From a virus, in IMG/VR virus record IMGVR_UViG_3300011113_000784, positions 46,968-110,967 of that record: DNA of 64,000 nucleotides; one strand, written 5' to 3'. Of the stretch, positions 58,663-64,000 are shown in pieces; position 1 is the first letter of the stretch, and every line of letters starts with the position of its first letter. The translations under genes and the position numbers were made by a program. Below the pieces are notes generated by a model. That model did not search any database and was not told the origin of the DNA. It saw only the letters and a program-made list of their open reading frames with translations.

Positions 58663-59313
58663 ATGATTAAACTAGGTCCACTATATCCGAAACGAAAAGA
58701 AATAGTTGCAGCATTAAAAACATTGCCAATTCAAACAGGCGATATTGTTTATAATGCTGCTGATGTCCCCGGTCCTTTTAACATACCATTTTCAAAACTT
58801 ATACAAAAATTTACTAAATCTCCATACTCTCATGGCACGGTAATGCTAGTTGAAGATGGAGAAATTTATGCAGTTGATGTATCCGATTGGGGAACAAGAA
58901 AGCTAAGACTGATAGATTGGTTTGACGATTGGTATATGGAGGAATTCTGCATATATCGTTTAAAAAATAAATCGCACGATGATCATTTGTGTTTAACTAA
59001 TCACATTTATGCTTTCCTTGATATGGACCCAAGTTATGATTTCAATTTCAATGACCCAAATAAGTTTTATTGTACAGAATCAGTGAAAACTATTTATAAA
59101 CAATGTGGTTATGATCTTGGTGGCGCATATCTTCTCAAAGATATTGTTCCCGGTTGGTTTTATCCATTAATTTTAATTGGAAATTATTTTACGGAATTTT
59201 TCTCAAAAGCATCATTGCCAACCAATGTTCCCATTAGCATCGTTGGTAATGAAATAAAAGGTATGAGAGCAAGTCCGCTTACTGAGCTAATTTTCAGCTA
59301 TCCCGTAAAATAA
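58663..59313 (+). CDS. permuted papain-like amidase (YiiX/YebB, NlpC/P60 superfamily)
   Basis: GDIV, T.SPYSH, YDF.F...K.YCTE. Confidence 0.8.
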   Translation: MIKLGPLYPKRKEIVAALKTLPIQTGDIVYNAADVPGPFNIPFSKLIQKFTKSPYSHGTVMLVEDGEIYAVDVSDWGTRKLRLIDWFDDWYMEEFCIYRLKNKSHDDHLCLTNHIYAFLDMDPSYDFNFNDPNKFYCTESVKTIYKQCGYDLGGAYLLKDIVPGWFYPLILIGNYFTEFFSKASLPTNVPISIVGNEIKGMRASPLTELIFSYPVK

Positions 59314-59314
59314 T

Positions 59315-59342
59315 TTGACTTTTAATCAAAAAATGATATGAT
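59315..59342 (+). promoter_or_regulatory. sigma70-type promoter
   Basis: TTGACT-16nt-(TG)-TATGAT. Confidence 0.55.
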
Positions 59343-59366
59343 TGTTGCCTCAAGGAGGGCTGATAA

Positions 59367-59657
59367 ATGGTCGTTCGTTGTAAAATTTGCAAAAAATCTT
59401 GTATCAATTGGGAATCTACAATGCAGGAATGCAAGTGTGGAAACATAATGGGTTTTCATATTGATGAAACCAATATTTCCGTACTTTCACCAGATTTAGA
59501 TAATGTTCTTATCTGGCAAAACGAAGCACAACAATGGGTAAATTATGATAAAACGCATAATTACCCATTGATAACTTGGCAGGGCTATGCTGGTCAACCT
59601 TTTGAAATCAATCCAAAAAAGAAATCTAAGAAACTTTCGTCAACTCTGGATACCTAG
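59367..59657 (+). CDS. Zn-ribbon hypothetical protein
   Basis: CKIC...CKCG; AGGAGG RBS. Confidence 0.6.
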   Translation: MVVRCKICKKSCINWESTMQECKCGNIMGFHIDETNISVLSPDLDNVLIWQNEAQQWVNYDKTHNYPLITWQGYAGQPFEINPKKKSKKLSSTLDT

Positions 59658-60414
59658 ATTTTAAATTATTAAGGTTGGAATTGAACCAAGTATTGAACTT
59701 TTTTTCAGCAGCTTCTGGACCAGACTCAGAAGTTTTTCCGGTTTTGCGGCGCTCTTGTTCATGAGTGCTTTCATGCACTATTGTACTGGCAATTTCTCTA
59801 ATAATATTAATTTGCGCTTCTTCAGGAGAAATCTTGCCTTCTTTTTGCAGTCTATTGTAAGTGTCATAAATATTTAAAACATTAATATGAATTGTATCAG
59901 TTGGCTGAATTGCCTGAATGACTTCTTCTGGCACTTTATGTTGCCTAAGAATATCTTCTGGCAATTGTGTCATTTTATCCATTTCTTCTTGCGAAAAAGT
60001 ATATTTTTGTTTGTTATACTGCTTTCCTAAAACAGCTTTATTTTCAGCCGAATTATACAATCCATACACACCAGCTTTGCTAATTGGTGTAATGGTTGTT
60101 ATATCTGTCAAATATTTGTTACCAGTTGCCTTATCATACTCTTGCACAATTTTTACTGCTAATCTTGATTTGTTATAAACCCTTTCCAATTGTGAAACAT
60201 CAACATCCTCAACACCAACATAACTTTGTTCTAAATAATGCCCACCTCTGGCTTTACGCTTGCAATAATTCTTTTGACTGAAACCTTTTGGGTGACTACA
60301 ATCTATACTTTTTTTGTATTTGGTTGACCAACGGCTTTTCATGCCATTGCGTGGTTTGTTGTACTCTTCTAAAGTTTCTCTATTTTCAACCCATTCAGAA
60401 AATTTGATGTACAT
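59626..60414 (-). CDS. CTS-like protein with WSxKYKxSIDC domain and C-terminal HExxH
   Basis: MYIKFSEWVE; WSTKYKKSIDCSHPKGFSQK; TIVHESTH..E. Confidence 0.65.
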   Translation of the reverse strand: MYIKFSEWVENRETLEEYNKPRNGMKSRWSTKYKKSIDCSHPKGFSQKNYCKRKARGGHYLEQSYVGVEDVDVSQLERVYNKSRLAVKIVQEYDKATGNKYLTDITTITPISKAGVYGLYNSAENKAVLGKQYNKQKYTFSQEEMDKMTQLPEDILRQHKVPEEVIQAIQPTDTIHINVLNIYDTYNRLQKEGKISPEEAQINIIREIASTIVHESTHEQERRKTGKTSESGPEAAEKKFNTWFNSNLNNLKSRYPELTKVS

Positions 60415-60448
60415 GATGTGTATTTATTGTTATTGAATATAATTATAA

Positions 60449-61138
60449 TTAATTATCAATTAATTTTTTAAACAACTCTCTGTTATCGACATTTATGATT
60501 TTATCAAAATGTTCACTAGGTGATACTTCTTGGAAAGAACTCATCATTCTGTCTAATACATTTTCTGGTATAGTTTTCGATCCACCTTTTGCTTTTATTT
60601 CTTCCGATCTTTTTTTAGACATTTTTTTAATAATTGATTCTGCACCACTAAAGTTAAACACAACAGCAATTTTGTTGTAATCTTCTTCTTTCCCTTCTAT
60701 TGCTCTTAACGCTTGTTTTCTTGCATTAACAGTCATATTAGTCATATCAACGATTATATCTTTACCAGAATTTATAGCTCCAGCAATTTTTTCTTTTAAT
60801 TTATCGTTTATGATTGAATTTGCTTTTAGAATTTTCGAGTAAGACAGTGGTTGCCAAGTCATGAAAGCTGGAGATTTTACAACAATTCCATATTTTGGAT
60901 TTTCATAACCTATGGATTCATCTGATTGTGGGGCAACAAACATTTCGTCATATGTCATACCCATACTTTCAGCAATTTGTTCAACGATGCTATCTCGATT
61001 AATAATATAAGGATCTTTGCCAGCAAATGTTTTCTCAATCCATGTTGATTTTCCGACTGATGGAGGACCGATCAATACAAATATTGATTTTTTTTCTGCT
61101 TCTGTAGACTCTAGCCATAATGAAAACTGTAGGTTCAT
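60449..61138 (-). CDS. P-loop kinase (AAA_33/PNK-like) with CTS-like N-terminus
   Basis: GPPSVGKST, INRD, IVDMTN...R, K.IP..V. Confidence 0.8.
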   Translation of the reverse strand: MNLQFSLWLESTEAEKKSIFVLIGPPSVGKSTWIEKTFAGKDPYIINRDSIVEQIAESMGMTYDEMFVAPQSDESIGYENPKYGIVVKSPAFMTWQPLSYSKILKANSIINDKLKEKIAGAINSGKDIIVDMTNMTVNARKQALRAIEGKEEDYNKIAVVFNFSGAESIIKKMSKKRSEEIKAKGGSKTIPENVLDRMMSSFQEVSPSEHFDKIINVDNRELFKKLIDN

Positions 61139-61192
61139 AATATTTATTTATTAGTTATTTTCTTTTTTTAAGTTTGTCAAGAAAGTCGTCGG

Positions 61193-62704
61193 CTATGTCA
61201 TCGAAGTAGGACTGCTTTGCTGCAACAAATATGGTTGAATTAGTTTTTCAATTTCTGGTGTTTTATTGGTGTAATATTGATCAATGATTCTTGCTATTTC
61301 TTGCTTGCCAGATGCATAACGAATCAAATTATAAATATGATTATCATTAAGTTTATTTATATTTTCTGAGCCTAAAATTTTTGCCATTTCTTGCTTGTTA
61401 GATGCATGGAAAGATGCATTGAAAAGCGAACGATAAACATCGTTACTAGAAAGTTTATTTATAATTTCTGAACCTAAAATATTTGCTATTTCTTGCTTGT
61501 CAGATGCATAAAGAAGCAACTCAAAAACATTATCACTAGAAAGTTTTGTTTTATATTGAATTATAATTTTTGCCATTTCTTGCTTGTCAGATGCCTTATT
61601 AAGCAAATCATGAACATTATTGCTAGAAAGTTTGTTTATATTTTCTGAACCTAAAATATCTGCTATTTCTTGCGGTTTAGATGCATGGAAAAGCAAACGA
61701 TAAACATCATGATTAGAAAGTTTATTTATATTTTCTGAACCTAAAATATTTGCTATTTCTTGCTTGTTATTTTCTAGACTAAGCAAAAGTAAAATATTAT
61801 TATTAGAAAGTTTGTTTATATTTTCTGAACCTAAAATATCTGCTATTTCTTGCGGTTTAGATGCATAATGAAGTAAATAAAAAACATTATCATTAGAAAT
61901 TTCTTTTTTGTTTTGAATTATAATTTTTGCTATTTTGTCTTGATTTGCAACATGTCCCATTATAGTGCTAATATCGTCATCACTTAGCATTTGTTTTTTA
62001 CTTTTAATAAAAGATTTTGCCCATTCATCTTTATTTTTTATATTTTTAATCAAATCTAAAACGCTTGGTATATATTTTTCTTTATTTTTTTTATTTTCTA
62101 TGACATGTATTACTTTTAGAGCATTAGCAGTGAAAACAACACCTTGTGTTGGTTCAAAGGTGTGAATAGTTCCTGTGCCATGATCAAAGAAACCATCTAT
62201 GCCTAATTTTCTTAAATTAGTATTCCACAATATTGGATTTTCATTGGAAATCAATCGTGTTGCAAGCCAGACAGTTGAATAACTGCTCCTTATATCGAGT
62301 CCTTTAGTTTTTATTCGAGCAATTGCATTTTCTACTTCTGTTTCTGAAAATGTTTTCATAAGCAAATCTATGCCAAGTTGTGGTTCAACTGTTTTTTGCA
62401 TATGAAGAATTTTATTTGGTCTTACAATTTCACACACATTGATATAAGGTTGATCTCCAGCAAATGGCACATTTAGTTCCCAATCAATGACATATTTTAA
62501 TGGATAGAAATAAATTCCAAATGGTGTGTCGAATTTACTTTTTGGATTTATGCCTATTTTGTTAATTGATGTGTAAGAAACAACTAAATTGTCTGGATTA
62601 GGATGGTTAGCGTAAATGTATTTTAATGCATCTAATTTGTCACGGAATTGGACCCCGTTGACTTCTATTTTCTCTGAAAGTAATAGCCATTCTTTGAAAC
62701 GCAT
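61193..62704 (-). CDS. CTS-like protein: N-terminal domain (possible ART-like) plus 30-aa helical repeats
   Basis: MRFKEWLLLSE; GINP....TP.GIY.YP, G.DG..D.G.G.IH..EP.Q; repeats KQEIA.ILGSENINKLS. Confidence 0.65.
   Translation of the reverse strand: MRFKEWLLLSEKIEVNGVQFRDKLDALKYIYANHPNPDNLVVSYTSINKIGINPKSKFDTPFGIYFYPLKYVIDWELNVPFAGDQPYINVCEIVRPNKILHMQKTVEPQLGIDLLMKTFSETEVENAIARIKTKGLDIRSSYSTVWLATRLISNENPILWNTNLRKLGIDGFFDHGTGTIHTFEPTQGVVFTANALKVIHVIENKKNKEKYIPSVLDLIKNIKNKDEWAKSFIKSKKQMLSDDDISTIMGHVANQDKIAKIIIQNKKEISNDNVFYLLHYASKPQEIADILGSENINKLSNNNILLLLSLENNKQEIANILGSENINKLSNHDVYRLLFHASKPQEIADILGSENINKLSSNNVHDLLNKASDKQEMAKIIIQYKTKLSSDNVFELLLYASDKQEIANILGSEIINKLSSNDVYRSLFNASFHASNKQEMAKILGSENINKLNDNHIYNLIRYASGKQEIARIIDQYYTNKTPEIEKLIQPYLLQQSSPTSMT
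61320..61900. repeat. imperfect 90-bp tandem repeats within CDS
   Basis: TTTTCTGAACCTAAAATAT.TGCTATTTCTTGC recurring. Confidence 0.8.
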
Positions 62705-62777
62705 AATGTGTATTTACAATTTTTAGCTAAAAATTTAATTCAATAAAATTGTTCAAAAGCTTAATCGACAAGACCAC

Positions 62778-62805
62778 TTGAAATCCTACCGGCACCTGTT
62801 ATAAT
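62778..62805 (+). promoter_or_regulatory. sigma70-type promoter
   Basis: TTGAAA-16nt-(TG)-TATAAT. Confidence 0.6.
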
Positions 62806-62855
62806 GCCCTTGCCAATCACGGCAAGCAGAACCGCAGTTACATAAGGAGAATATT

Positions 62856-63989
62856 ATGGGTCAGAAGCAATTGTTATTTCACTTTGATTCTATTTTGGCA
62901 CCGAATCCCGGCTTGCCTCCTGCTCCGACTATGCAAGAGTGCGCTGAATTAGTCAATTCAAATAATCCTGACAGTCCATTTCATAAATTCGTAGGACAAG
63001 ATTTTGCCAAGAAAAAGATGGGAAGAGTATTGCTCAACGCTCTTCAGCGTCCCAATCATTGTGCTGCTGATGTATCTTGGTTGCTAACTGGTCCATCTTC
63101 TGTTGGTAAAACGACACTTGCTAGAATCTATGCAAAGATTCTTAATCTTCCATTCATTGAAATTCACCCAAAATCAATCAAGAGTCTCAGTGATATATTT
63201 GATGCAATCAACGAGAAACTCGTTGAAAGAAAACCATATCTCGAAATGGTCGAGCTAACAGAAAATAATTACTGCGCTCCTCCATGTGTAGTTTTTATTG
63301 ATGAGGTCCATACACTCAACCGTTTGTTCCAAAACGGTTTGTTGAAAGCTATTGAACCAAAGGATAGGATGCTCATCACTGAGGACAGGAGATATATCAA
63401 TACTAAAAATGTTTGCTTCATGATTGCAACAACTGATCCTGCTGATCTGTTTGATGCTTTCTTGGGCAGATTTACTGAAATTGCTCTTAACCCATATACG
63501 AAAAAAGAAGTTGCTCAGATTGTGCAACTCAATTTTCCTAATTGGGGTGCAATCGAGTGCGCTCTTGCAGCACACTTTCAACCAAGGTTGCCTCGTAAAG
63601 CAATCGAATTTGCTAAAGAAATGGATATGGAAAAAGCTATCAATCCAGAAAAGACTTGGCATCAAATAGCAGTCCAAGTAGCAGAAGAAAATCAAATTGA
63701 TATGCATGGCATGCCTTATAAGCATCTACAACTACTTAAATTTGTTAGTTGTAGGGCTTATTCTAAGGAACGAGTAGCCATTGCTCTCAACATCCGAGAA
63801 AAAGAATTGAAGGCATCTGTTTTGCCATGTCTTATGAATCCAACACCAGACAGCCCTGCCTTGGTCACTATTTCAACTGGTGGCATTAGGTTAACCTATG
63901 ATGGATATTTGGAACTCAAGAAACGCAACATGGTAAATACTATGCCAAGCTATCTTGAAGAAGAAGCTGCTGCTGAGAAAGTGCGATGA
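62856..63989 (+). CDS. ruvB: RuvB-like AAA+ ATPase
   Basis: FVGQ, GPSSVGKTTLA, FIDEVH.L, ATT...L...F..RF, PR.A, C-terminal wHTH-like segment. Confidence 0.75.
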   Translation: MGQKQLLFHFDSILAPNPGLPPAPTMQECAELVNSNNPDSPFHKFVGQDFAKKKMGRVLLNALQRPNHCAADVSWLLTGPSSVGKTTLARIYAKILNLPFIEIHPKSIKSLSDIFDAINEKLVERKPYLEMVELTENNYCAPPCVVFIDEVHTLNRLFQNGLLKAIEPKDRMLITEDRRYINTKNVCFMIATTDPADLFDAFLGRFTEIALNPYTKKEVAQIVQLNFPNWGAIECALAAHFQPRLPRKAIEFAKEMDMEKAINPEKTWHQIAVQVAEENQIDMHGMPYKHLQLLKFVSCRAYSKERVAIALNIREKELKASVLPCLMNPTPDSPALVTISTGGIRLTYDGYLELKKRNMVNTMPSYLEEEAAAEKVR

Positions 63990-64000
63990 ATAATATCGAA

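Noticed and set aside
1-64000. Cellular (bacterial/CPR) chromosome origin
   Set aside because: Housekeeping-like genes are isolated (infC without rpmI/rplT, groES without groEL, ruvB without ruvA adjacent) among virion-type and orphan genes. Capsid/terminase genes are not in this window, so the phage call remains an inference.

Overview
This AT-rich, gene-dense window reads as a segment of a large (jumbo/huge) tailed-phage genome rather than a cellular chromosome. The evidence is isolated host-like genes outside their usual operons, many short orphans, virion-type proteins, T4-late-like TAAATA elements and giant fibre genes. The standard genetic code fits, since several genes end in TAG. From left to right it holds: an FmdB Zn-ribbon gene and an intact PrkA(YeaG)-YeaH-SpoVR triad; a DNA polymerase III alpha (DnaE) split into two intein-less genes, with the N-half interrupted by an 8-nt TAG-containing insert inside the PHP HxH motif; host-takeover and metabolic genes (bS21, IF3, GroES, dUTPase, PhoH, PduO-type adenosyltransferase, amidoligase, GGCT, CsrA, ParB-like, HNH, RuvB-like); a tRNA-Lys and two candidate structured RNAs; a 138-aa mini-intein in a non-replication protein; a glycosyltransferase/methyltransferase/2OG-oxygenase cluster next to three giant Ser-Gly-repeat fibre proteins (one with four 6-bladed Kelch-like propellers); and scattered proteins with N-termini resembling the T4 capsid-targeting sequence. 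The strongest candidates for new biology are recoding (stop-hop or micro-excision) of the dnaE N-half, the heterodimeric DnaE, a glycosylated SG-fibre virion coat and the WCT-type mini-intein. All family assignments come from motif recognition by eye; no searches were run.
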